Assembly: GCF_036971445.1 (NCBI RefSeq)
Contig: NC_091470.1
Span: forward strand, 178,436,001-178,500,000
Length of the DNA stretch: 64,000 nucleotides
Reading direction: 5' to 3'
From: Narcine bancroftii
Lineage: Eukaryota
This document shows positions 24,425 to 38,124 of this stretch, piece after piece. The position numbers and the translations under genes were made by a program. The notes under the pieces were generated by a model. That model did no database searches, had not been told where the DNA came from, and saw only the letters and a program-made list of their open reading frames with translations. Each line of letters starts with the position of its first letter. The stretch's first letter is position 1.

Positions 24425-25210
24425 CTCCATCAGTACCGGAGAATCACAGGACTGCGTTCTTAGCTCGACTCACTTCACCTACGACTGTGTGGCTCGTTAC
24501 GACAACAACAACAACCTCACACTCAATATCACCAGAATTAAGGAGCTGATTGTTGCCTTCAGGAAGGGAAAGCCAGGGTTTACGATCCAGTGATCATTGG
24601 GAGATCAAAAGTGGGGAGGGTGAGTCACAATCTCGGAGGATCTTTCCTGGATCCAACACTAGTGGCATCGTCTCGACTTCCTCAGGAGTTTGCAGAGGTT
24701 CAGTACGACACCAGAAACCCTGGCTAATTTCTACAGATGACCGGCTGCATCACGGTCTGGTACAAGACCAATACCCCTGACCGTAAAGCCCTGCAAAAGG
24801 TGTGGACACAGCCCAGGACGTCACAGGCGAAACCCTCCCCACCATCGAGAATATCTATGGGGAACGCTGCCGTCGGAGAGTAGTAGTGATCACCAAGGAT
24901 CCACGCTTTGTTCTCATTGCTGCCATCAGGAAAGAGGTGTCGGCATCACAAGACCCACGCCCACCAGGTTCATGAACAGTGGCTCCCCCTCCACCGTCAG
25001 ACTCCTCAACGACAAACTCAATGAGGACTCGTTTAAGGATTCTGACTCGGGCACTTTATTGATTTTTTTTCTCTCCATATTGTAGTTTGTTTACATTTCT
25101 TTATTTGTTTACTTGTGTATTTTTTTTTGCACGACTAATAAGTGGTAATTCTGCCGCGCCCAGTGGAAAAGGAATCTCAGGTTTGTATGTCCTCTGTCAG
25201 TAAATCTGAA
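24425..25210 (+). mobile_element. Rex1/Babar-like LINE fragment, internally deleted
   Basis: STG..QDCVLS, NNLTLNI and RKALQKV motifs; tail TAAATCTGAA. Confidence 0.65.
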
Positions 25211-25660
25211 GCCCACAAAAAAAACTACTCAAGAAAATATACATGTACAAAAGAAAATGTTGAACGACCAAAGGAACTGCTCGCACTGACCCTCTGTGAC
25301 TCATTTTCATGAAACAATATTGATTTGGATAGATGAATTCTTGTCCTGTATGTGTGTTACGTCAAGCTGTGTGTCCTCGTGTGTTGCATCGAGGACCGGA
25401 GAATGCTGTTTCGTCAGGTTGTACTTGTACAATCGGGGTGAGAATAAACCCCGACAGACTCCCACTTTCCAGCTGTTCTGGATTTATCTTCGCTGACCTT
25501 TCGGCCGTTAATTCCAGACCTTTCATGGTGCGCGTGTGAAAAGACATTTTCCCACTTTCCTTCGACTGCCACCCTCCCTCCCCCCCGCAATGTTGTCGGC
25601 CAGTGAGAAGCGCTCCTCTCTCCTCCATCCGAGTGTTGGGGAAGGGGTGCCAGCTGGAGG

Positions 25661-25840
25661 GCAGCACGGTTAGCGAAATGCCAGTGACCGGGGTTCAAGT
25701 CTGCAACGAGCTTGTATGTTCTGCCTGTGTGGGTTTTCCCCGGCGGCTCCCAACCTCCAAAACGTACCGGGGGTTTGGCAGTAAGTTAATTGGGAGGCAC
25801 GGGTCCATGGGCCTGTTACTGTGCTTGTTTTTCTAAATCT
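25661..25840 (+). mobile_element. HE1-like SINE
   Basis: GGCAGCACGGTTAGC head, GGTTCAAGT B box, GGGCCTGTTACTGTGC tail. Confidence 0.7.
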
Positions 25841-26186
25841 ATATTAATTTTAATGACATTTATTCTGGTGATGAGGAAAAATTGCTCCATCTCTGAAAAT
25901 CTGATTTCACCTGGTCAACGAGAGAAGTAACTTTTTTTAAATTAGGAGGTTGGGGAATGTATGATTGATGTTTAAACCCAGGAAAGGTGATCTACTAAAG
26001 TGAAAAGGCAGAGGGGACTGGTTAAGTCACAGACCTGCTGCGTCGATGAGGCCTGTCTCCTCATCCACACTAACATTGCCCAGACTTCAGTCCAGTCCGA
26101 CCCCTGCGAGAAATTCTGCACACAAATGCTGGAGTTTTACCACCCTCGTTAATCCACTCCTGCTTCTCCGCACTTTGTGTTCCTAC

Positions 26187-26306
26187 CTTTAATATCTTTG
26201 TCTTCCCGTCTGTGAATCTTTTCATTAAAAGCAGCTGCTATGACCACGAGGCTAGCGAACACCCAGAAAATCACCAGCCAGACGTCGACTTTGGGGAAAA
26301 ATTCAT
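26187..26306 (-). CDS. Butyrophilin-like gene, transmembrane exon
   Basis: (D)EFFPKVDVWLVIFWVFASLVVIAAAFNEKIHRREDKDIK; tttttttag|..|gtagga; phase 1-1; absent from the ORF track. Confidence 0.92.
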
Positions 26307-26399
26307 CTAAAAAAAAGTTCATAAAGGTTTGTGAAGCCTGATGCAGACAGTGAGCTCTGATTCTACCCCTTGTGGATAGTTAGCAGTAGTCTCAGTGAA

Positions 26400-27790
26400 T
26401 AATCTCATGGAGCCTTTGATGGCTCTTGGCCTGGACTCATTGGAATTTAGGAGAATGGGGGGGGGGGGGGGGGGTAATCTCTCTGAAACATTTCGAATGT
26501 TGAAAGGGCATGGACAGATTAGATGTAGAAAGGTTGTTTCCCACGGTGGGAGTGACCAGGACAAGAGGATTGAAGGGCATCCGCTTAGAACAGAGATGTG
26601 GAGGAATTTCTTTGGCCAGTAGGCAGTGAATCTGTGGTGATTGTGGAGGCCGGGTCATTGGGTGTATTTAAAGCAGGGCATCAAAGATTATAGGGAGAAG
26701 GCTGGGCAGTGGGGCTGAGTGGGGAAATGGATCAGCTCATGATTAAATGATGGGGCAGGCTCGATGGGCTGAATAAGAACAAGAAATAGGAGCAGGTGTC
26801 GGCTATCCGGCCCGTTGAGCCCTGCTCTGCCATTCAATGAGATCACATATGATCTGATGATGGGCTCATCTCCACCCACCTGCCTTTTCTCCATATCCCT
26901 TAATTTCCCCACGATGTAAAAATCTACCCAACTTTATCTTAAATATATTTACTGAGGTCGCCTCCACTGCTTCAATGGGCAGTGAATTCCACAGACTGTG
27001 GAAAGAACGGCCAAGCAGAAAGGATACGAATGAGCCCTTAGATATCTGACAACCCTAAAAATCGTAATGCCAGGGGGCAAGATAAAGAACAAGGGAGCAG
27101 GAGTTGGCCATCCGGCCCATCAACCCTGCCCCGCCAGTCAATGAGATCGTGGCTGATCTGATCATTGACTCAGCTCCACCCACCTGCCTTTTCCCCATAT
27201 CCCTTCATTCCTTTTTTATGTAAGAATCTATTGAACTGAACCTTAAATGTTTAATGAAGTCACCTCAACTGTTTCCCTGGGCAGAGAATTCCACAGATTC
27301 ACGACTCTCTGGGATAAACAGTTTTTCCTCATCTCTGTCTTAAATCTACTCCCCTGAATCTTGAGGCTGTGTCCTCCTAGTTCTGGTCTCACCTCCCAGT
27401 GAAAACAATTTTCCTGGCTCTACCTTATCTCTCCCTTTCATAATTTTATATGTTTCTATAAGTTCTCCTCCCATTCTTCTGAATCCGAGTGAGTATAATC
27501 CCAGGGGATTTAGTCTCTCCTCGTACGTCAACCCCTTCATCTCCGGGATCAACCTGGAGATCTTCCTCTGGACAACTCCAAGGCCAGTCTCTCCTTCCCC
27601 AAGTACGGAGACCAGAACTGTACCCAGCTCTCCAGGTGTGGCCTCACCAGGGCCTTGTATAGTTGCAGCATGATCTCCCTGCTCTTGAATCCAATTCCTC
27701 TGGCGATGAAGGCCAATGCTCCATTTATCTTCTTAATAACCTGTTATACCTGCAACCCAACATTTTGTGATTCATGGACAAGTCCTTCTG
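26400..27790. mobile_element. Cluster of CR1 3' fragments on both strands
   Basis: MIPEMKGLTYEERLNPLGLYSLGFRRMGGELIETYKIMKG (minus) and LGLDSLEFRRM (plus). Confidence 0.75.
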
Positions 27791-30700
27791 CACAACAGCA
27801 GAAAGACTGCTGTCATAAATCTCGTTGTATAACTTGTACAATGACAATAAAAAGCTATTTGATTTGATATTTGATTTATTTGAGGTTGTAAAACAACTGT
27901 TGGTTTGTGAGACATTGTAGATATGCCAAGTGGATAACGCCAACGTTTTGTTGTATATGAGAATAGCAACAATGGGTTTAACTGTTTGTTGTATAAATAT
28001 ATTACTGAGAGAATTTGTAAAAAGGGAAATGGTCCGGGAGTCTTGGTGGGGGGGGGGGGGTGGGGTGGGGGTGGTGAGGGTGGAAAGGTGTGGGTGGTGG
28101 ATGGATACAAAATGCACAGCTTGTGGTGAGGAGGGGATGATGATGACTTGGAGGGTGAAGTCACCAGAGGCAGGGGGGTGGGGGGAGGGAGGATTAAAGG
28201 GAAGGAGATATAGATGGGGAATGTATGTGATTTGGTTGGGGTTTGTTGCACTATTATGTGTTGTCTTTATTTTCCCCTTTTCTATTGTTTGGTATTTTTT
28301 TCTCTTTTAACTATCTTTCTCCAGCTTTCCCACTGACGAGATCCAAGTAGACGAGGGTGCCTGTTATCTCCAGCCCAGTTTGTATTAGCCATGGAGTTGC
28401 TGGCCGAAGCCATTTGCCAGGATCCAGACCTCAAGGGTTTTAGAGAAGGCCAGGAAGAACATAAATTTATTTGCTGACGACGAACTGATATATCTGACAG
28501 ACCCAGCAAACTCGTTGTCCAAACTGCGTTCTACTCTGGAGGTCTGTGGGGAGATCTCCAGGTATAAGGTCAATTGGAAGCTAACCATACCACTTACTAA
28601 GGGGGATTACAGTCAATATCAAGAAAACAGTTATTTAAAGTGGTCACAAAACATGATCAAATATCCAGGAGTTAGAATAGACAATAACTTGAATAACTTA
28701 AATAAACTAAATTATACCCCCTTGTTTGGGAGAATTGAGGAGGTGGATGTCCCTGCCCATAATGTTAGTGGGCAGGGTCAACTGTGTTAAAATGATTGTG
28801 TTGCTGAGACTTCAGTGCCTCTTTAGTCGCCCCGGGGATTCTTCCAAAATTTGCTCTCATGAATAAGGACATTTCTATGGAATGGAAAGGTGGCCAGGGT
28901 CTCCATGGGGAAAAATTGACCTGGGATTACAGTCTGGATGAACTACAAATGCCAGACTTCAAGAAATACTATTGGGCAGCCCAGTGGAGATACATCACTT
29001 CACTCTTCAGGGGCGGGGGGGGGGGGGGGGGGGGGTACCATCCTGGGCATAAATAGGTGAGAAGGTGGCAGAGGACTTTATTTATAAATGGGACGTTAAA
29101 TTGTTATCTGGGAAAATGGGCAGCCCTATACTAAAACAAATAATCTCCATTTGGAATAAAATTAACCAGTATGTAGGAAACAAAGTGGGGCTGTCCCCAA
29201 AAATACCCTGGACTCCAAATAGATTAATACCATTGGTAGTGGGTAACAAGATCCTGGACACCTGGCGCTGTAATGGCATCAGGTGATTGAGGACTGTTTT
29301 GAGTAGGAGCAGCTAATGTCATTTAAGCAACTTAGGAATAAGTATGATTTATCAAATAAGATGTTCCAATGCTACCTTCAGGTAAGATCTTTTCTACAGG
29401 ACAAATTAGGTCCAACTATGACCCTGGCAGTGTGCAGTGATGTAGAGGCCACAATTCGAAGAAGGGGGGTGACACGGAAGTTCACCTTCTTCTCAACCAG
29501 GCCTTCATAAATCAAGGCAGAGGTGGGAGTTGGACTTAGCAATAGATGAGTGGTGCTGGTCCGACCCGTGTCAGACCAGCAGGACTGCAATCATTAATGC
29601 GCAGTACAGGCTGGTACAGTTCAATTTTCTGCACCTGCTGTACCTGACGCTGCAAAAATCAAACAGACCTAAACCAGAATTGTCAGGTCAAGGCTTCAGA
29701 TGTAACGTTGAGACAGAATCCTTTCTACATACCATATAACCAAATAACCACTTACAGCACAGAACAGGCCAGTTCGGCCCTACTAGTCCATGCCGTAACA
29801 AATTCCCACCCTCCTAGTCCCACTGACCAGCACCCGGTCCATACCCCTCCAGTCCTCTCCTCTCCATGTAACTATCCAGTCTTTCCTTAAATGTAACCAA
29901 TGATCCCGCCTCGACCACGTCTGCCAGAAGCTCATTCCACATCCCAACCACCCTTTGCGTAAAGAAATTTCCCCTCATGTTCCCCTTATAATTTTCCCCT
30001 TCAATCTTAAACCATGCCCTCTAGTTTGAATCTCCCCCACTCTTAATTGAAAAAGCCTATCCACATTTACTCTGTCTGTCCCTTTTAAAATCTTAAACAC
30101 CTCTATCAAGTCCCCCCTCAATCTTCTACGCTCCAGAGAAAAAAGCCCTAGTTTGCAAACCTTTCCCTGTAACTCAAACCTTGAAATCCTGTCAACATTC
30201 TCATGAACCTTCTCTGCACTCTCTCTATTTTGTTTATATCTTTCCTATAATTTGGTGTCAAAAACTGTAAACAGTACTCCAAATTTGGCCTCACCAATGC
30301 CAAATAACCTCATAACCTCCCTACTCTTGAATTCAATACTCCGATTTATGAAGGTCAACATTCCAAATGCCTTCTTCACCACACCATCTACCTGAGTATC
30401 AGCCTTTTTTTTTTTAAAATTTTTTATTTTTCACACCATAAATCACAATAGCCATGATATACACTTTTTCTTTTCCACACATTTACAGTGACTTTTTCTC
30501 CCTCCCCCCTCTCTCCTCCCAAGCCACCCCCCCATCCCCCCCCCCTCTCATCCATTTTAGTTATACAATCTAGGTTGCATTAATTCAGTTAGACAATGTT
30601 GTCATTCAACAAAAATACACCAGAAATTCTACTGAGTCCATTCTTTTCTTTTCTTCTCCTTCCATCAACTTAGGTAATGTTTGTTCCCGGTAGGTTTTCG

Positions 30701-32467
30701 CTATTGTATTTAATGTAAGGCTCCCATACTTGTTCGAATATTTCAATATTATTTCTTAAACTATATGTTATTTTTTCTAATGGAATACATTTATTCATTT
30801 CTATATACCATTGTTGTATTTTCAAATTATCTTCCAATTTCCAGGTTGACATAATACATTTTTTTGCTACAGCTAGGGCTATCTTAACAAATCTTTTTTG
30901 TGCATCCTCCAAGTCAATTCCAAATTCTTTATTTTTTATGTTACTTAGGAGAAAGATCTCTGGATTCTTTGGTATATTGTTTTCTGTTATTTTATTTAAT
31001 ATCTGATTGAGATCATCCCAAAATTTTTCTACTCTCTCACATGTCCAGATTGCATGAATTGTTGTTCCCCTTTCTTTTTTACATCGAAAACATCTATCAG
31101 ATACTGTTGGGTCCCATTTATTTAACTTTTGCGGTGTAATGTATAGTCTGTGTAACCAATTATATTGTATCATACGCAGCCTCGTATTTATTGTATTTCT
31201 CATCGTTCCAGAGCATAACTTCTCCCATGTTTCCTTTTTTATCTTTATATTTAAATCTTGTTCCCATTTTTGTTTAGTTTTACCATTTGTTTCCTCATTT
31301 TCCTTTTCTTGCAGTTTAATATACATATTTTTTATAAATCTTTTGATTAACATTGTATCTGTAATCACATATTCAAGGTTACTTCCCTCTGGTAAACTCA
31401 AGTTGCTTCCTAATTTATCTTTCAAGTAGGATCTCAGTTGGTAATATGCCAGCGCTGTATCTCCCGTTATATTGTACTTATCTCTCATTTGTTCAAAGGA
31501 TAAGAATCTACTTCCTGAAAAACAATTTTCTATTCTTTTAATCCCTTTTTTTTCCCATTTTCTAAAGGCAAGGTTGTCTATTGTAAAAGGGAGTAGCTTA
31601 TTTTGCGTCAATATTAGTTTTGGTATTTGGTAATTTATTTTATTTCTTTCTACATGAATCTTCTTCCATATATTGAGGAGATGGTGTAATACTGGAGAAG
31701 TTCTATGTTGTACCAATTTTTTGTCCCATTTATATAATATGTGTTCAGGTATCTTTTCCCCTATTTTATCTAATTCTAGTCTCGTCCAGTCTGGTTTTTC
31801 CCTTGTTTGATAAAAATCTGATAGGTACCTTAATTGTGCGGCTCTATAATAATTTTTGAAGTTTGGCAATTGTAAGCCTCCTTGTTTATACCATTCTGTT
31901 AATTTGTCTAGTGCTATCCTCGGTTTCCCCCCTCTCCATAAAAATCTCCTTATTATTTTCTTTAACTCTTTGAAGAATTTTTCTGTCAGTTGTATTGGCA
32001 ATGCCTGAAATAAGTATAGTATCCTTGGAAAAATGTTCATTTTAATACAGTTTATCCTTCCTATCAGTGTTAGTGGTAGCTCTTTCCAATGCTCTAAATC
32101 GTCCTGTAATTTTTTCATTAGTGGATTGTAATTGAGTTTATATAATTGGCCTAGATTTTTGTTTATTTGCACACCTAGGTATCTTATTGCCTGCGTTTGC
32201 CATCTGAATGGGGATTCCTCCTTAAATTTTGAGAAATCCGCGTTATTCATAGGCATTGCTTCACTTTTATTTACGTTTATCTTGTATCCCGACACTTCTC
32301 CATATTCCTTCAATTTCTTATATAGTTCTTTTATTGATAGTTCTGGTTCTGTTAAGTACACTATCACATCATCCGCAAACAGACTGATTTTATATTCCCT
32401 GTCTTTTATTTTTATTCCTTTTATATTATTATCTCTTCTTATCGATTCTGCTAGTGGTTCTATAGCT

Positions 32468-35404
32468 TTTTTTTTTTTTTCTTTGGCTTGGCTTCGCGGA
32501 CGAAGATTTATGGAGGGGGTAAAAAGTCCACGTCAGCTGCAGGCTCGTTTGTGGCTGACCAGTCCGATGCGGGACAGGCAGACACGATTGCAGCGGTTGC
32601 AAGGGAAAATTGGTTGGTTGGGGTTGGGTGTTGGGTTTTTCCTCCTTTGCCTTTTGTCAGTGAGGTGGGCTCTGCGGTCTTCTTCAAAGGAGGCTGCTGC
32701 CCGCCAAACTGTGAGGCGCCAAGATGCACGGTTTGAGGCGTTATTAGCCCACTGGCGGTGGTCAATGTGGCAGGCACCAAGAGATTTCTTTAGGCAGTCC
32801 TTGTACCTTTTCTTTGGTGCACCTCTGTCACGGTGGCCAGTGGAGAGCTCGCCATATAATACGATCTTGGGAAGGCGATGGTCCTCCATTCTGGAGACGT
32901 GACCCATCCAGCGCAGCTGGATCTTCAGCAGCGTGGACTCGATGCTGTCGACCTCTGCCATCTTGAGTACCTTGACGTTAGGGGTGTGAGCGCTCCAATG
33001 GATGTTGAGGATGGAGCGGAGACAACGCTGGTGGAAGCGTTCTAGGAGCCGTAGGTGGTGCCGGTAGAGGACCCATGATTCGGAGCCGAACAGGAGTGTG
33101 GGTATGACAACGGCTCTGTATACGCTTATCTTTGTGAGGTTTTTCAGTTGGTTGTTTTTCCAGACTCTTTTGTGTAGTCTTCCAAAGGCGCTATTTGCCT
33201 TGGCGAGTCTGTTGTCTATCTCATTGTCGATCCTTGCATCTGATGAAATGGTGCAGCCGAGATAGGTAAACTGGTTGACCGTTTTGAGTTTTGTGTGCCC
33301 GATGGAGATGTGGGGGGGCTGGTAGTCATGGTGGGGAGCTGGCTGATGGAGGACCTCAGTTTTCTTCAGGCTGACTTCCAGGCCAAACATTTTGGCAGTT
33401 TCCGCAAAGCAGGACGTCAAGCGCTGAAGAGCTGGCTCTGAATGGGCAACTAAAGCGGCATCATCTGCAAAGAGTAGTTCACGGACAAGTTTCTCTTGTG
33501 TCTTGGTGTGAGCTTGCAGGCGCCTCAGATTGAAGAATCACAGTGCGGCTTTCGCGCTAACAGAGGAACCACTGACATGGTCTTTGCCCTCAGACAGCTC
33601 CAAGAAAAGTGTAGAGAACAAAACAAAGGACTCTACATCACCTTTGTTGACCTCACCAAAGCCTTCGACACCGTGAGCAGGAAAGGGCTTTGGCAAATAC
33701 TAGAGCGCATCGGATGTCCCCCAAAGTTCCTCAACATGATTATCCAACTGCACGAAAACCAACAAGGTCGGGTCAGATACAGCAATGAGCTCTCTGAACC
33801 CTTCTCCATTAACAATGGCGTGAAGCCATTGCCAATACAACTGACAGAAAAATTCTTCAAAGAGTTAAAGAAAATAATAAGGAGATTTTTATGGAGAGGG
33901 GGGAAACCGAGGATAGCACTAGACAAATTAACAGAATGGTATAAACAAGGAGGCTTACAATTGCCAAACTTCAAAAATTATTATAGAGCCGCACAATTAA
34001 GGTACCTATCAGATTTTTATCAAACAAGGGAAAAACCAGACTGGACGAGACTAGAATTAGATAAAATAGGGGAAAAGATACCTGAACACATATTATATAA
34101 ATGGGACGAAAAATTGGTACAACATAGAACTTCTCCAGTATTACACCATCTCCTCAATATATGGAAGAAGATACATGTAGAAAGAAATAAAATAAATTAC
34201 CAAATACCAAAACTAATATTGACGCAAAATAAGCTACTCCCTTTTACAATAGACAACCTTGCCTTTAGAAAATGGGAAAAAAAAGGGATTAAAAGAATAG
34301 AAAATTGTTTTTCAGGAAGTAGATTCTTATCCTTTGAACAAATGAGAGATAAGTACAATATAACGGGAGATACAGCGCTGGCATATTACCAACTGAGATC
34401 CTACTTGAAAGATAAATTAGGAAGCAACTTGAGTTTACCAGAGGGAAGTAACCTTGAATATGTGATTACAGATACAATGTTAATCAAAAGATTTATAAAA
34501 AATATGTATATTAAACTGCAAGAAAAGGAAAATGAGGAAACAAATGGTAAAACTAAACAAAAATGGGAACAAGATTTAAATATAAAGATAAAAAAGGAAA
34601 CATGGGAGAAGTTATGCTCTGGAACGATGAGAAATACAATAAATACGAGGCTGCGTATGATACAATATAATTGGTTACACAGACTATACATTACACCGCA
34701 AAAGTTAAATAAATGGGACCCAACAGTATCTGATAGATGTTTTCGATGTAAAAAAGAAAGGGGAACAACAATTCATGCAATCTGGACATGTGAGAGAGTA
34801 GAAAAATTTTGGGATGATCTCAATCAGATATTAAATAAAATAACAGAAAACAATATACCAAAGAATCCAGAGATCTTTCTCCTAAGTAACATAAAAAATA
34901 AAGAATTTGGAATTGACTTGGAGGATGCACAAAAAAGATTTGTTAAGATAGCCCTAGCTGTAGCAAAAAAATGTATTATGTCAACCTGGAAATTGGAAGA
35001 TAATTTGAAAATACAACAATGGTATATAGAAATGAATAAATGTATTCCATTAGAAAAAATAACATATAGTTTAAGAAATAATATCGAAATATTCGAACAA
35101 GTATGGGATCCTTACATTAAATACAATAGCGAAAACCTACCGGGAACAAACATTACCTAAGTTGATGGAAGGAGAAGAGAAGAAAAAAATGGACTCAGTA
35201 GAATTTCTGGTGTATTTTTGTTGAATGACAACATTGTCTAACTGAATTAATGCAACCTAGATTGTATAACTAAAATGGATGAGAGGGGGGAGGGATGGGG
35301 GGGTGGCTTGGGAGGAGGGAGGGGGGAGGGAGAAAAAGTCACTGTAAATGTGTGGAAAAGAAAAAGTGTATATCATGGCTATTGTGATTTATGGTGTGAA
35401 AAAT

Positions 35405-35435
<31 letters not shown>

Positions 35436-35513
35436 TGGCGTGAAGCAAGGCTGTGTTCTCGCACCAACCCTCTTTTCAATCTTCTTCAGCATGATGCTGA
35501 ACCAAGCCATGAA
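32468..35513 (-). mobile_element. RTE-clade LINE with inverted 5' segment, inserted in L1 ORF2
   Basis: 12-bp TSD GGTTCTATAGCT (32456-32467, 35514-35525); minus piece 32468-33533; plus piece 33534-33826 and 35434-35513; poly(A) tail. Confidence 0.95.
33827..35433 (+). mobile_element. 5'-truncated young L1 inserted in the inverted RTE segment
   Basis: 13-bp TSD AATGGCGTGAAGC (33814-33826, 35434-35446); long poly(A); near-identical to the reverse complement of 30407-32003. Confidence 0.96.
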
Positions 35514-38124
35514 GGTTCTATAGCTAGCGCAAACAATAATGGTGATAGTGGGCATCCCTGCCGCGTTGACCTGCTTAAGTTAAATTGCTTTGATACATGT
35601 CCATTTACTGTCACTTTCGCTAACGGTCCCTTATATAATGCTTTAATCCAATTAATAAACTTCTCCGGTAAACTGAATTTTTGCAATACTTTGAACAAGT
35701 AATTCCATTCTACTCTGTCGAAGGCCTTCTCTGCGTCTAAAGCAACTGCTACTGCCGGTGCTTTATTTCCTTCTACTGCATGAATTAAGTTAATAAATTT
35801 ACAAATATTGTCTGTTGTGCGTCTTTTTTTGATAAATCCAGTTTGGTCTAAATTTACCATTTTCGGTACCTGTTCTGCTAATCTGTTCGCTAATAGTTTA
35901 GCTATTATCTTATAATCTGTGTTTAGCAGAGATATTGGTCTATATGACGCTGGTGAGAGTGGATCTTTCCCTTGTTTTAGTATCACTGTAATTATTGCTG
36001 TTTTACATGAATCTGGTAAGTTTTGTGTCTCATCAATCTGGTTGATTACATCCAGGAGGGGCGGTATTATTAGGTCTTTAAATGTTTTGTAGAATTCTAT
36101 TGGGAGTCCATCCTCTCCTGGTGTCTTATTATTTGGTAAATTTTTTATTATCTCTTGTATTTCTACTGTTCCAAATGGTTCTGTTAATTTATTTTGTTCC
36201 TCTATTTGTAGTTTTGGTAGTTCAATTTTAGTCAAAAATTCATCTATTTTCCCTTCTTTCCCTTCGTTTTCGGTTCGGTATAATTGTTCATAGAATTCTC
36301 TGAAGTTTTCCTTAATTTCTTTTGGATTATATGTAATTTGTTTGTCTTTTTTCCTTGTTGCCAATACCATTTTCTTAGTTTGCTCTGTCTTAAGCTGCCA
36401 TGCTAGGATTTTGTGTGTTTTTTCCCCTAGTTCATAATATTTCTGTTTTGTCTTCATTATATTCTTCTCCACCTTATATGTTTGTAATGTTTCATATTTT
36501 ATTTTTTTATCCGCCAATTCTCTTCTTTTGGTTGTATCTTCCTTTATTGCTAATTTTTTTTCTATGTTTATTATTTCCCTTTCCAACTGCTCTGTTTCCT
36601 GATTATAGTCCTTCTTCATCTTGGTTGCATAACTTATTATTTGCCCTCTAATGAATGCTTTCATTGCGTCCCATAGTATAAACTTATCTTCCACTGATTC
36701 CGTATTTACTTCAAAGTACATTTTTAATTGTTTTTCAATAAATTCTCTAAAATCCTGTCTTTTAAGTAGCATGGGGTTTAATCTCCATCTATACATTCTT
36801 GGAGGGATGTCTTCTAGCTCTATTGCCAATAACAGGGGTGAGTGGTCCGATAATAGTCTAGCTTTATATTCCGTTTTCCTAACTCTCCCTTGTATGTGGG
36901 CTGATAACAGGAATAGGTCTATCCTTGAGTATGTTTTATGTCTAGTCGAGTAGTATGAGTATTCCTTTTCTTTTGGGTTTTGTTTCCTCCATATGTCCAC
37001 AAGTTTCATTTCTTGCATTGATTTAATTATAAATTTGGTTACTTTGTTCTTCCTGTTAATTTTTTTCCCCGTTTTATCCATATTTGGATCTAAATTCAGA
37101 TTGAAATCCCCTCCTATTAGTATGTTCCCTTGCGTATTAGCTACCTTCAAAAAGATATCTTGCATAAACTTTTGATCTTCTTCGTTAGGTGAATATATAT
37201 TAAGTAGATTCCAAAGCTCTGAATATATCTGACATTTTATCATAACATATCTCCCTGCTGGATCTATTATTTCCTCTTCTATTTTAAATGGCACATTTTT
37301 GCTAATTAATATAGCCACTCCTCTTGCTTTTGAATTATACGATGCTGCTGTTACATGTCCTACCCAATCTCTCTTTAATTTCTTGTGCTCCAATTCAGTT
37401 AAGTGTGTTTCTTGGACAAATGCTATATCTATTTTTTCCTTTTTCAGTAAATTTAGTAGTTTCTTCCTTTTAATTTGGTTATGTATTCCATTAATATTTA
37501 GAGTCATATAGTTCAGCGTAGCCATTTTATATTTTGTTTATCTTCTCTTTCCGTTTTTCCATCATTACCTTTCCTCCTTTTCCATTTCTGTTTTCTTATT
37601 TTCAACTTTTTACCAGACAACATTCCTACAACATCCAACATTTTCCTTATTCTCCTATTTCTATCTTCTTTATCCCCAATCTCCCCTTCCCCTCCTGAGT
37701 TGCCCTTTATCCCTTGTCGGACAACCACATCTCCCCTCTCCATTTGGATTTGCGAATCCACTCGCAAGCGTCAACTGATTTTGCAGTGACCGCTCTTTTC
37801 CCCCACCCAGCCCCCCCCAGAAAAGATTTCGTTTTTTATATGTCACAAAGGTCACTCTTTTAGTTCCCTCCTTATTCTCTCTATTCCATTACCTTCCCTT
37901 ATTAATTCTTGTCTATACTCTCTATGTTTTCCTCTAATTACAGATACTTTCACATATGCCCATTGTCTCTATTCACTCTTATACCTCTTTACCCGCATAC
38001 ATATCAATCGTGGTCATTTTTACCCTCCTTACCCGTCTTCATCCCTCAGTCTATTTTTGTCTTTACCCACATACATATCAATCGTGATAATTTTAACTCT
38101 CATTACCCGTCTTCATCCCTCAGT

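Larger units (their letters stand above)
30670..37525 (-). pseudogene. L1 ORF2 (EN-RT-CCHC) in two pieces, 35514-37525 and 30670-32467
   Basis: APE endonuclease (TLNING, VQETH, GGDFN, SDH), RT (DAEKAFD, RQGCPLSP, LFADD), CCHC tail; removing 3058 nt (insert plus one TSD) gives an open 1265-aa frame. Confidence 0.95.
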
